Shown one piece after another: positions 1 to 7,015 of a DNA stretch of 11,752 nt. The DNA comes from a virus: the IMG/VR virus record IMGVR_UViG_3300044970_002813. One strand, given 5' to 3'. The translations under genes and the position numbers were made by a program. Under the pieces are notes generated by a model. The model made no database searches. It saw nothing but the letters and a program-made list of their open reading frames with translations, and had not been told where the DNA came from. The stretch's first letter is position 1. The number at the start of each line of letters is the position of its first letter.

Positions 1-1
1 T

Positions 2-301
2 GCTTCTGAAGATTATAATTCTAATGTTAATTGTGATGAAGAAGATTGCTGCCAAGGAGAAGAAGACGATTGCTCTTATCACAACGATGTTTCAAATTAT
101 ATTGAAGAAAAAAAAAATGAGTTTTGGACAATTCCCAGAACTTTTTCTGACGTTTTAGAAAATATACTAAGAGTCCAAAGTAATAATTTAGATTTCTTTG
201 ATCCTGTTCCTCGTTTTTATACAACTTTGTTTAAAATATTCTCGAATAAAGTAATTAAATATTCTAACAGTTCCTACTCAGTAGAAGAGGAACCTTTTTA
301 G
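2..301 (+). CDS. 3' part of an acidic, Cys-containing hypothetical protein (partial, truncated by window edge)
   Basis: Frame starting at base 2 is open for 99 codons to TAG 299-301 (ASEDYNSNVNCDEEDCCQGEEDDCSYHNDVSNYIEEKKNEFWTIPRTFSDVLENILRVQSNNLDFFDPVPRFYTTLFKIFSNKVIKYSNSSYSVEEEPF*). Missing from the ORF track because its start is outside the window. Confidence 0.75.
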   Translation, partial: ASEDYNSNVNCDEEDCCQGEEDDCSYHNDVSNYIEEKKNEFWTIPRTFSDVLENILRVQSNNLDFFDPVPRFYTTLFKIFSNKVIKYSNSSYSVEEEPF

Positions 302-362
302 GCTTGACTATTTTCTTTGATTTTGGTACTATATAGGTATCTAAACTTATTAAAGGTATATA

Positions 363-669
363 ATGTCAAAGCCAAAAACCAACTCAAATCCTACATTTTC
401 TAGAGTAGAAGTTTCTAGAATTTTAAATATTTCTACTTTGACCATCGCTAATAGAGAAAAGAATCGGAAAGTATCCTGCTCCCAAAAGAGACTTGAACAA
501 TTATAGAATTTATACTCTTAACGATGTTTTTAATCTTCAGTTAATAACATTTAATCACATAGATCCTAAACCTATAATATCTATTTTATATGATAAAGGT
601 TACAAGGATCCAAAGATAGTATCTGATATAATAGACCAAGTTCTTTCACGCAGGAGTTCAAATGTCTGA
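363..669 (+). CDS. MerR/excisionase-like HTH DNA-binding protein, encoded in two frames joined by a +1 change at CGGA 465-468
   Basis: ATG 363 (AAAGG upstream) reads MSKPKTNSNPTFSRVEVSRILNISTLTIANREKN, then CGGA read as Gly, then KYPAPKRDLNNYRIYTLNDVFNLQLITFNHIDPKPIISILYDKGYKDPKIVSDIIDQVLSRRSSNV*. Matches the MerR-type pattern (HTH, REKxGxxPxP, xxYRxYxxxDV). Neither half is listed in the ORF track. Confidence 0.8.
465..468 (+). other. Candidate quadruplet codon / +1 recoding site 1 (AAG AAT CGGA AAG)
   Basis: Frame change must lie between TGA 439-441 (destination frame) and TAG 504-506 (initial frame). The only CGG in that interval is in-frame at 465. Confidence 0.6.
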
Positions 670-907
670 TTTCAATCAAAACAATGACAAAGATTTATCA
701 TTTGTTGACGAAGTAAATACCCATGTATCTACTGATACCGTAACAGATATTAAATCTGGAATATTTGGATTGTTTGTAAATCTGTATAATTCCTACTCTT
801 TAGAGTACGGTCCTGTTCAGGGAATGCAACTTTCTATAAAATATTTAGAAGATATTATAGAACAATTTAACACTATATTAAACAATACAGAATCCAACGA
901 CTTATAG
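662..907 (+). CDS. Hypothetical protein (81 aa)
   Basis: ATG with AGGAG 652-656 upstream. Overlaps the end of the preceding recoded CDS by 8 nt, followed by the SSB gene. Confidence 0.8.
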   Translation: MSDFNQNNDKDLSFVDEVNTHVSTDTVTDIKSGIFGLFVNLYNSYSLEYGPVQGMQLSIKYLEDIIEQFNTILNNTESNDL

Positions 908-918
908 GAGACAATAAA

Positions 919-1344
919 ATGATAGACCCAAGAAACGTAGTTTCATTGACAGCCGGCGTAGTAGCCGATCCAGAGCTTGTTAATGATCGAATTGCAAAGA
1001 TCCGTATCGCCATAGATTACGCTGGCTCAGAAAAGGGCAACAGCGCTTCTTCTGGTTATTTTGATGTGGTTTACTATTTAAAAGATGGTGATGATCACGC
1101 ATCAAAGAATGCAAAGTTTGTTCATGACCAAATTAACCAAAAGAAGTTTCGCAAAGGATCTCAGATTCAGATTGTTGGCCGTCTCGTTCAAGAGCGTTGG
1201 CAGCAAGACAATCAGAATAGATCGCGAGTTGTAGTTGTTGCTGAGTCTATCTCTTATGTTGGTTCTCCAGCATCTAAGTCTTCCGATTCCAAAGATGACT
1301 CAAGCTCTACTGCTGAAGAGAAGTTCGTACCAACTAGCTTCTAA
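919..1344 (+). CDS. ssb: Single-stranded DNA-binding protein-like (OB-fold)
   Basis: N-terminal OB-fold-like pattern: VAGVVADPEL...IAKIRIAIDY...GYFDVVYYLKDG...NAKFVHDQINQKKFRKGSQIQIVGRLVQERW...SRVVVVAESISYVG, with a low-complexity acidic C-terminal tail (DSKDDSSSTAEEKFVPTSF). RBS AGGAG upstream. Confidence 0.8.
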   Translation: MIDPRNVVSLTAGVVADPELVNDRIAKIRIAIDYAGSEKGNSASSGYFDVVYYLKDGDDHASKNAKFVHDQINQKKFRKGSQIQIVGRLVQERWQQDNQNRSRVVVVAESISYVGSPASKSSDSKDDSSSTAEEKFVPTSF

Positions 1345-2090
1345 TGCAAGATGAGTATTCTAATGAAGAGATTGCTTCTTTAGTAGAAAAAGCTCTATCT
1401 TTTGAAGAGAATCATTTTTTTCCCAAAACTGGTTTATCAATTGGTTTTGGAGAAAGTAAAGCTTTTGAAACTCTAGCTGACTCTCTTCAATCAAAATATG
1501 CTTATTCTGAAATTGCTACTGCTTTTCAGGATGCTAGAGAAGTTTTGGTGAAGGAGAAATTATCTTATACTATTAAAGACTTGCATACTCAAGTTCTTAA
1601 TTGTAGAAAGTGTAAAAATTTTTCTCCTTCGCCAAACCTTCCTATGTGGAACGTAACAGATCCTGAAGTTGTTTTTATTCTCGATTATCCTATTTATGAT
1701 AGAACAGTCGCTGAGTATTTTATGAACACGCTGAAAGACTCTGGATATAGTTCTAAATCTGTCTGTTTAACATATGTTAATAGATGTAATTACCCTAAAA
1801 GAAAATTTGAACCTGAAGAAGTCTATAATTGTAGTCCTTATCTTCACACTGAAATTCAACTAATGAATCCTAAACTTATAGTTTGTTTAGGCGCATTAGC
1901 TGCTACAGCGGTGTTTGGAAGAGATATGACTATTAAAGATTATAGATCTCAGATAATTTGGCTTGGTTCTTTTCCTGTTATGATGACTTATTCACCTTCA
2001 CATGTATTAAAAGCAGGGTCAAGTTATCAGGATCAATTTTCCGCTGATATAATATACTCTCATTCTTATATAAAGAAGAAAGAATCATAA
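1344..2090 (+). CDS. Uracil-DNA glycosylase superfamily (Fe-S family 4/5-like) protein with altered catalytic motifs
   Basis: CRKC...CSPYLHTEIQLMNPKLIVCLGALAATAVFG gives four cysteines in the arrangement of Fe-S UDGs, and YSPSHVLKAG sits at the position of the family HPSxLL motif. Starts on the stop of the SSB gene. Confidence 0.75.
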   Translation: MQDEYSNEEIASLVEKALSFEENHFFPKTGLSIGFGESKAFETLADSLQSKYAYSEIATAFQDAREVLVKEKLSYTIKDLHTQVLNCRKCKNFSPSPNLPMWNVTDPEVVFILDYPIYDRTVAEYFMNTLKDSGYSSKSVCLTYVNRCNYPKRKFEPEEVYNCSPYLHTEIQLMNPKLIVCLGALAATAVFGRDMTIKDYRSQIIWLGSFPVMMTYSPSHVLKAGSSYQDQFSADIIYSHSYIKKKES

Positions 2091-2092
2091 TC

Positions 2093-2458
2093 ATGACTGA
2101 TGCTACATACCAAGATACGTTGTCCGATGACTTGTCTTATTTTAAAGACATAGTCCTTAAGGATGTTAGGAACGAATCGACAGAAGAAGATAGACAGTAT
2201 TTAATGACTAGTCTTGAATACTGGCTTTATTTCTTGCAGATTACTCGTAGAGATGTTGAGTTTCAGCTCTCTTCTCACAAGTCAAAAGAGAAGCTTGCAC
2301 TTAAAGAACTTAAAGCTTCTAACTCTTCAGATGCTATTTTGATTGAAGAAATTAAAAAGCTTGACAAATGGAAAATGGGTGCAGTTAGGTTTTTAGCTGC
2401 AATTGAGAAAAGAATGCTTTACGTCAAAATTCTTCTCAAGGATACAAAAATAGCTTAG
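2093..2458 (+). CDS. Hypothetical protein, helical/charged (121 aa)
   Basis: Intact ORF tightly packed between neighbours. Confidence 0.75.
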   Translation: MTDATYQDTLSDDLSYFKDIVLKDVRNESTEEDRQYLMTSLEYWLYFLQITRRDVEFQLSSHKSKEKLALKELKASNSSDAILIEEIKKLDKWKMGAVRFLAAIEKRMLYVKILLKDTKIA

Positions 2459-2459
2459 T

Positions 2460-2978
2460 ATGTATCCGACTCTGGTAACACCTAAGTCGCTTACCTCTTT
2501 GCAGGCTGAGTGGAATGAAGTAACATCTTCTGATTTTCTTCAACTCTACTCAGTCTGCAAAGACTGGTACTGTTACAGCACTAAAGAACTTAATACTCAA
2601 GTTGTTCTTGCTCTATCTGATCTTTTTTGTTTAACACACGGAAGAGTATCTCATATAGAAGTTAATACTTTAGATTACTGGTCTGTTAGACCTATTAATG
2701 TTTTTAGGTATAAGCTTTTAGATGATGGTTCTTGCGACGCTTTGTTTTATGCTAATCCAAATTATAATAAAGATGGCTATATTGTAGAGGGCGCTTTTTG
2801 GTCTAATGGATTTTTTTATCAAGTTTTACACCAAAATGCTAATCCTGATAATTATATAGACCTTCTTATTGAACTTAATTTGTTTGTAGATAAACGCACT
2901 ACGCTCATGCAGGGCTACCCAGATACATCTATACTGTATTCTGAACTTATATCTAAATTTTTCAACAAGCCTTCGTAG
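2460..2978 (+). CDS. Hypothetical protein (172 aa)
   Basis: Intact ORF starting just after the previous stop. Its TAG stop (2976-2978) lies inside the downstream tRNA gene. Confidence 0.75.
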   Translation: MYPTLVTPKSLTSLQAEWNEVTSSDFLQLYSVCKDWYCYSTKELNTQVVLALSDLFCLTHGRVSHIEVNTLDYWSVRPINVFRYKLLDDGSCDALFYANPNYNKDGYIVEGAFWSNGFFYQVLHQNANPDNYIDLLIELNLFVDKRTTLMQGYPDTSILYSELISKFFNKPS

Positions 2979-3042
2979 CTCAGCTGGATAGAGCATCGGA
3001 CTTCTAATCCGCAGGTCGCATGTTCGAATCATGCCGAAGGCG
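2969..3042 (+). tRNA. tRNA-Arg (anticodon TCT, 3003-3005)
   Basis: Acceptor GCCTTCG/CGAAGGC (2969-2975 / 3035-3041); D arm GCTC...GAGC; anticodon loop CTTCTAA; T arm GCATG-TTCGAAT-CATGC. No encoded CCA. One mismatch at the outer anticodon-stem pair. Confidence 0.93.
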
Positions 3043-3044
3043 CT

Positions 3045-3245
3045 ATGAAACTTTTTTCAAAGAAACACAAAATTATATTACAAACTACTTCTGGCAGAAA
3101 GTTCTGTACACTAAAATTTACTAATAAAGAATTTGATCGAATACTACTTTCTTGCAAAATAGAAAATATTACTTTAGAGGAGTTTTTTCAAAATGTCATC
3201 AAACAAGCCACAAAACCAGGAACCACAAGAGTCCAATCAGATTAA
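3045..3245 (+). CDS. Small hypothetical protein (66 aa)
   Basis: Intact ORF beginning 2 nt after the tRNA. Confidence 0.55.
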   Translation: MKLFSKKHKIILQTTSGRKFCTLKFTNKEFDRILLSCKIENITLEEFFQNVIKQATKPGTTRVQSD

Positions 3246-3372
3246 TGAATTAGAAGAAAAAACTTTTGCTGAAAGAGTAGAAGAATCTGTTGACTTCATA
3301 GTTAATATGATGAACGAAGGTAAGGCAAATCCTAAAGATGTTTATCCCCCAGGAAGATATCACGGAGACTAG
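3193..3372 (+). CDS. Small hypothetical protein (59 aa), overlapping the previous ORF in another frame
   Basis: ATG 3193, MSSNKPQNQEPQESNQINELEEKTFAERVEESVDFIVNMMNEGKANPKDVYPPGRYHGD*. Preceded by GAGGAG 3177-3182, ends 2 nt before the next gene. Not in the ORF track. Confidence 0.6.
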   Translation: MSSNKPQNQEPQESNQINELEEKTFAERVEESVDFIVNMMNEGKANPKDVYPPGRYHGD

Positions 3373-3374
3373 TT

Positions 3375-3584
3375 GTGACTGATGACATTGTGACTCGACT
3401 ACGGCTAACAACAGTTGCAGACAGTTCTCATAAAATTTATGCAGCGATGACTGAAGCTGCTGATGAGATACAAACACTTCGTGCTTTAGCTGAAGATATG
3501 TATATTGTTTTAAGTAATGAAATAGGCGATAACTCCGTCACCAAAGCTTACCAAGCTTACATTGAAAGGCATCAAAATGATTGA
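3375..3584 (+). CDS. Small phage-type protein (DDIVTRLR...EAADEIQTLR pattern), 69 aa
   Basis: GTG start. The DDIVxRLR...AADEIxxLR pattern is familiar from many phage small proteins. Contains the one in-frame CGG (3402) that must be read as a triplet. Confidence 0.75.
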   Translation: MTDDIVTRLRLTTVADSSHKIYAAMTEAADEIQTLRALAEDMYIVLSNEIGDNSVTKAYQAYIERHQND

Positions 3585-3822
3585 TAAAATTGATTTTAAA
3601 AAAATAGATAGTTCTGTTATGAGCTTTGTTGCCTATGATAAGACTAATGAAATATTATTAGTTGTTTTTAACAGCGGTTCTGTTTGGATGTATTATGATC
3701 TTGCTATAGATATTTATCAAGAACTTATTTCAGCAGACTCTACTGGTAAATACTTTAATTTAAATATACGAAACAAATACGTTAACGAATGTCTTCACAA
3801 AAAGGAGATGTCTGTTGGCTAG
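3577..3822 (+). CDS. KTSC-domain-like protein
   Basis: MIDKIDFKKIDSSVMSFVAYDKTNEILLVVFNSGSVWMYYDLAIDIYQELISADSTGKYFNLNIRNKY matches the KTSC pattern (SSxIxxIxYDxxxxxLxVxFxxGxxYxYxxV...SxGxYFNxxIRxxY). Start set at the internal ATG 3577; the track start is 3562. Confidence 0.75.
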   Translation: MIDKIDFKKIDSSVMSFVAYDKTNEILLVVFNSGSVWMYYDLAIDIYQELISADSTGKYFNLNIRNKYVNECLHKKEMSVG

Positions 3823-3970
3823 GCGCAAGCAAAAACAGAAGAACAAGCAAAAAAATAAATTTAAAACTGATACTAGATATGTCTATGAAACTGTAAAATC
3901 TACAGACATTGACAAGATTGCCTATCAAGTTTTTGGCGCGCTCACTTATTCTTCAGAAAAAACCTTTTGA
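3815..3970 (+). CDS. Small basic hypothetical protein (51 aa), TTG start
   Basis: AAAGGAG 3801-3807, then TTG 3815, LARRKQKQKNKQKNKFKTDTRYVYETVKSTDIDKIAYQVFGALTYSSEKTF*. Overlaps the previous stop. Not in the ORF track. Confidence 0.45.
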   Translation: MARRKQKQKNKQKNKFKTDTRYVYETVKSTDIDKIAYQVFGALTYSSEKTF

Positions 3971-4026
3971 ACTTGTTACTATAATTATTTTAAGATATAA
4001 TTTATCAAGCTTTATAAAGGAATAAT

Positions 4027-4644
4027 ATGACCACTATAGTTGCATACCAAGGAAGTGACTTTGCTGTTGTAGGAGTTGATTCTCGTATTTCTAGCATTGA
4101 TGATTCCGGCTATACTTCTCATATTATGACTTTAGCACCGGGATCTACAAAAGTTGCTCCTAATGGCAAGTATTTACTCGGTGTTGCTGGTGATGTAAGA
4201 GCTATCAATATTCTTCATCATGTTTTTCAGCCACCAGCATTGACTCCTGGTTTGCAAGGAAAAAGACTAGATCAGTTTATGACTGCTAAATTCATACCTT
4301 CTCTTAGAGATTGTTTTGAGAAACAAGGTTATGCTGCTCCTGAAAGAGATACTTCTTCGCATATTGCAGAACAGGGTTCAACAATTCTTGTTGTTGTAAA
4401 TGCTACTATATATGTAGTTGACTTTGATTACGCTTGGGCTTCTGATGCTTCTGGAATTTATTCTCTTGGCACTGGTTCTCAGTACGCCATGGGTGCTATG
4501 AGCATTCTTCTTGGTAAGGACAAAAAAGCCATTAGCACAACTCAAGCTAGAAACTTTATATTAAAGTCTCTCAACGTTGCTGCTAAATATGATCCTCATA
4601 CTGGATCACCTTTCCAAACTTATATTCAAGAATATACTGAATAA
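4027..4644 (+). CDS. Proteasome beta / HslV-like Ntn hydrolase
   Basis: Starts M-TTIVAYQGSDFAVVGVDSR: Thr1 after Met removal and Asp at mature position 17. GSTKV supplies the likely catalytic Lys. SLGTGSQYAMGAM and AAKYDPHTGSP align by eye with the GSGS...M and AADDDSATGG segments of bacterial proteasome beta. Confidence 0.85.
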   Translation: MTTIVAYQGSDFAVVGVDSRISSIDDSGYTSHIMTLAPGSTKVAPNGKYLLGVAGDVRAINILHHVFQPPALTPGLQGKRLDQFMTAKFIPSLRDCFEKQGYAAPERDTSSHIAEQGSTILVVVNATIYVVDFDYAWASDASGIYSLGTGSQYAMGAMSILLGKDKKAISTTQARNFILKSLNVAAKYDPHTGSPFQTYIQEYTE

Positions 4645-4681
4645 AATATTTTTTAAAAAGGCACCACTTAGTAGGAATGAA

Positions 4682-5215
4682 ATGCTTGAGGAATTTGACT
4701 TATCTAATTTAATTTTAAATCATAGTTCTATTGACACTTGGTATAAAGAGAGCTATCAGAAATTAGCTGATAAATACTGCGATGGAGATATAGCTCTCGT
4801 TAGAAAAGTTGTACCAGATAAAGCTTCTTGGCTTTCTGAATTTCACAGAGGTATGTCGTGTTTGGTTATCTCTGGATTTGATGACATAAAAAAATATTCT
4901 ATACTTCCTTCTGTATATAATGATATTGTCACAGCTTTTTCTAATACCTATACTAAGAATATCGTTTCTAAAGCTGAAAGATCTAGACGATCTTCTAAAC
5001 AAAGTCACGCTGTACAATATTGCAAAGATAATGCAGGCCAGCAAATAAAGGTTAAAGACTTTGCTGAAAAAGTTGGCTGGTCATACCCAACTGCTAATAA
5101 GTTTGTTCAAGATAGACTTGATTTATTCTCTAAACTTTCTAGAGGAATTTATATTATGAGAAATCCTGATCTTGAAAGAGCAGTGGACAAGAGTGCAGCG
5201 AAAAATAAAGAATGA
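4682..5215 (+). CDS. Hypothetical protein with C-terminal winged-helix/HTH-like segment
   Basis: Same frame as the track ORF 4577..5215, but ATG 4682 has AGGAAT upstream and avoids overlap with the hydrolase gene. The segment IKVKDFAEKVGWSYPTANKFVQDRLDLFSKLSRGIYIM looks HTH-like. Confidence 0.7.
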   Translation: MLEEFDLSNLILNHSSIDTWYKESYQKLADKYCDGDIALVRKVVPDKASWLSEFHRGMSCLVISGFDDIKKYSILPSVYNDIVTAFSNTYTKNIVSKAERSRRSSKQSHAVQYCKDNAGQQIKVKDFAEKVGWSYPTANKFVQDRLDLFSKLSRGIYIMRNPDLERAVDKSAAKNKE

Positions 5216-5351
5216 AGAATGCTACAAATGTGGCGTTGTAGATTCCTCTGTTCATAAAGCCGGAAGATCTATTTCCGAGTATAATCCTGAGTATAAAAAT
5301 AAAAATCTTTGTCACGACTGTAGAATAAATATAATCTTATCTGATAAATAA
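5193..5351 (+). CDS. Small zinc-ribbon-like protein (52 aa), GTG start
   Basis: VQRKIKNEECYKCGVVDSSVHKAGRSISEYNPEYKNKNLCHDCRINIILSDK*, a CxxC...CxxC spacing. Overlaps the upstream gene by 23 nt. Not in the ORF track; start uncertain. Confidence 0.55.
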   Translation: MQRKIKNEECYKCGVVDSSVHKAGRSISEYNPEYKNKNLCHDCRINIILSDK

Positions 5352-5474
5352 CTTCAACAGAAAGATAGGATTGTGCGTCTAGCATCAATTAAAAACGTAT
5401 TCAAGTTTATGATATCCTTTTTAGAAATACTTGTACTTTTTACCTCCGTATTCCTCGCACAGAAAGTATAAAAT

Positions 5475-5834
5475 ATGATTCATTTGTCAAGCACTTATTG
5501 GTGTCAAGATACTGTAGTTGTTCAAAAAGAAGTTTTTAATCTTCCTAAAATTGAACTTAATACTTCTAAAATCTATAAGAAAATTAACAAATTCAAACAA
5601 CTAAAATCAGTTGTAGATATAGAAGATATGACTGTTAACCTTAATCTTAATGGTTTACTTAAAACTTATCTTGACAAATTTATATCTGAAGGTATAATGA
5701 AACCTGTTTCACATAATAATTTTCTTCCTGATCAAGATTATTACAATCAAGATATAAAAGATCAAATCACTTTGAGTCAACCAACTTTATTTGATACACT
5801 ATCTAACTCTGAGTTCACTAACAATTTCGGTTAA
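5475..5834 (+). CDS. Hypothetical protein (119 aa)
   Basis: Intact ORF on the coding strand, no convincing RBS. Confidence 0.6.
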   Translation: MIHLSSTYWCQDTVVVQKEVFNLPKIELNTSKIYKKINKFKQLKSVVDIEDMTVNLNLNGLLKTYLDKFISEGIMKPVSHNNFLPDQDYYNQDIKDQITLSQPTLFDTLSNSEFTNNFG

Positions 5835-5851
5835 AAAATTAGGATTATAAA

Positions 5852-6277
5852 ATGCGCAACATAAAAATTTCAATACTTAATACTATCAATAATTTAACTT
5901 CAGCAATTAATAATTTAGCTCAAAGTATTCGTTCTTCTTCAAATATTACAGTATCTCCTTCTCCTAAAACTATTACATCTAATCCTGCCAATGTATCAGT
6001 TAAATACTATCCTGTAGAAAAACAAGAAGATAAAAATGGTTATATTTCTAAAGCTCAAAAAAGATATGATCCTACAGATGTAAACTCAGGCAATCTTACA
6101 TCTTTGTCAATTGTCCAAAGACAATCTTTATATAGAGTTTTTAAAGCCATGGATAATCCAGATATGTCTTCTTTGAACTATATGAAGATTCATTGGCCCC
6201 AAATGTATAATGCTTTAGAGTCTCTTAGAAAACCATCTTATGATCCATATGTATGGAAATCAAAATTCGACAAATAA
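5852..6277 (+). CDS. Hypothetical protein (141 aa)
   Basis: ATG preceded by AGGATTATAAA; intact ORF. Confidence 0.75.
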   Translation: MRNIKISILNTINNLTSAINNLAQSIRSSSNITVSPSPKTITSNPANVSVKYYPVEKQEDKNGYISKAQKRYDPTDVNSGNLTSLSIVQRQSLYRVFKAMDNPDMSSLNYMKIHWPQMYNALESLRKPSYDPYVWKSKFDK

Positions 6278-6290
6278 GTATCTTTAATAC

Positions 6291-6506
6291 ATGCAACAAA
6301 AATCAGATCTTTATATTACTATTTCCAGCTCTGCTAAAATAAGATTAGTGAGTAATTGGGGTCCAGAGGTAGTACTTAGGTGTTCTTGTGGTGACATACC
6401 CTCACATTCTATGTGGCAGCAATATGGATCAGGCAACTGCCCTGTTTGTAAAGAAAAATGCGAAATGATTCCACATGAATGGGGGGTTATACAAAATGGA
6501 CCATGA
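6291..6506 (+). CDS. Small putative zinc-binding protein (CxC...CxxC), 71 aa
   Basis: VLRCSCGDIPSHSMWQQYGSGNCPVCKEKC. Confidence 0.65.
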   Translation: MQQKSDLYITISSSAKIRLVSNWGPEVVLRCSCGDIPSHSMWQQYGSGNCPVCKEKCEMIPHEWGVIQNGP

Positions 6507-6699
6507 AGCTATGAGAACTGCTTATTTGCGAGCTTTAAACTATAAAGAAACTCTTTATATTAGTATGTGCAATATTTGCAAAATAGAGAACGCTGAAAAA
6601 GATGGTGAGATAGTTGATGTTGTCACTTCAGATACTATATATAAAATTTGGTATTGTTCTGACTGCCTTGCTAGAGAAGCTGAGTACGCTGAAGTTTAA
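6496..6699 (+). CDS. Small zinc-ribbon-like protein (CNIC...CSDC)
   Basis: MDHEAMRTAYLRALNYKETLYISMCNICKIEN...IYKIWYCSDCLAREAEYAEV*. Same frame as track ORF 6475..6699; ATG 6496 preferred by start context, though 6475 is possible. Confidence 0.6.
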   Translation: MDHEAMRTAYLRALNYKETLYISMCNICKIENAEKDGEIVDVVTSDTIYKIWYCSDCLAREAEYAEV

Positions 6700-6742
6700 G
6701 AAGTTATAACTTTTACTTTAAAACCTTATATGGGTAAAATAT

Positions 6743-6775
6743 GGAAAAAATTTTTTTTGGGGTTTTCCCTTTTTA
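6743..6775 (+). terminator. Weak candidate intrinsic terminator
   Basis: GGAAAA (6743-6748) can pair with TTTTCC (6763-6768), followed by CTTTTT. Low-GC stem. Confidence 0.25.
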
Positions 6776-6839
6776 GACTTTTTTTCAATTTTGGAAATGA
6801 TATAATAATCTCAATCAAACTAGCTAAGCTACATAAAAC

Positions 6840-6995
6840 AAATACCGTTATCATGTCTAAGCGGGTAGACAATTGTATGATACGTAGCATGTATATTTTA
6901 TTCGCGGTAATTTATACATCGGTTATAGTGCACTGAGTTGGCTAGACTCAACAGTGGAACGAACCCTAGGGTGGACGCACCCTAGGGCCACTGTG
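6840..6995 (+). ncRNA. Candidate structured intergenic RNA / 5' leader of ORF 7016
   Basis: Hairpins TGTCTA(6854-6859)/TAGACA(6866-6871), ATGTATA(6889-6895)/TATACAT(6913-6919), perfect 10-bp CCCTAGGGTG-GACG-CACCCTAGGG (6964-6987), and flanking ACAGTGG(6951-6957)/CCACTGT(6988-6994). RBS AAGGAG at 7003-7008 and ATG at 7016. Confidence 0.45.
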
Positions 6996-7015
6996 TTTCA
7001 ACAAGGAGTTTCAAT

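Noticed and set aside
27-224. ORF track entry 27..224 (65 aa)
   Set aside because: Out of frame with the longer, better-composed frame 2..301 that runs in from the window edge.
2826-3032. Minus-strand ORF 2826..3032
   Set aside because: Starts inside the tRNA-Arg gene (MIRTCDLRIRSPMLYPAEL is the usual false ORF antisense to a tRNA).
4577-4681. N-terminal extension of track ORF 4577..5215
   Set aside because: It overlaps the hydrolase gene out of frame and is Leu/Ile/Lys noise; ATG 4682 has an RBS.
6730-6936. 68-aa ORF 6730..6936
   Set aside because: Starts in A/T homopolymer sequence, lacks an RBS and spans a candidate terminator and inverted repeats; probably non-coding. Its in-frame CGG at 6862 was therefore not counted as a CDS codon.
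6846-6995. A third tRNA or tRNA-like element (D-arm-like GTCTAAGCGGGTAGAC)
   Set aside because: No matching anticodon arm, T arm with GTTCRA, or acceptor stem in the correct register.
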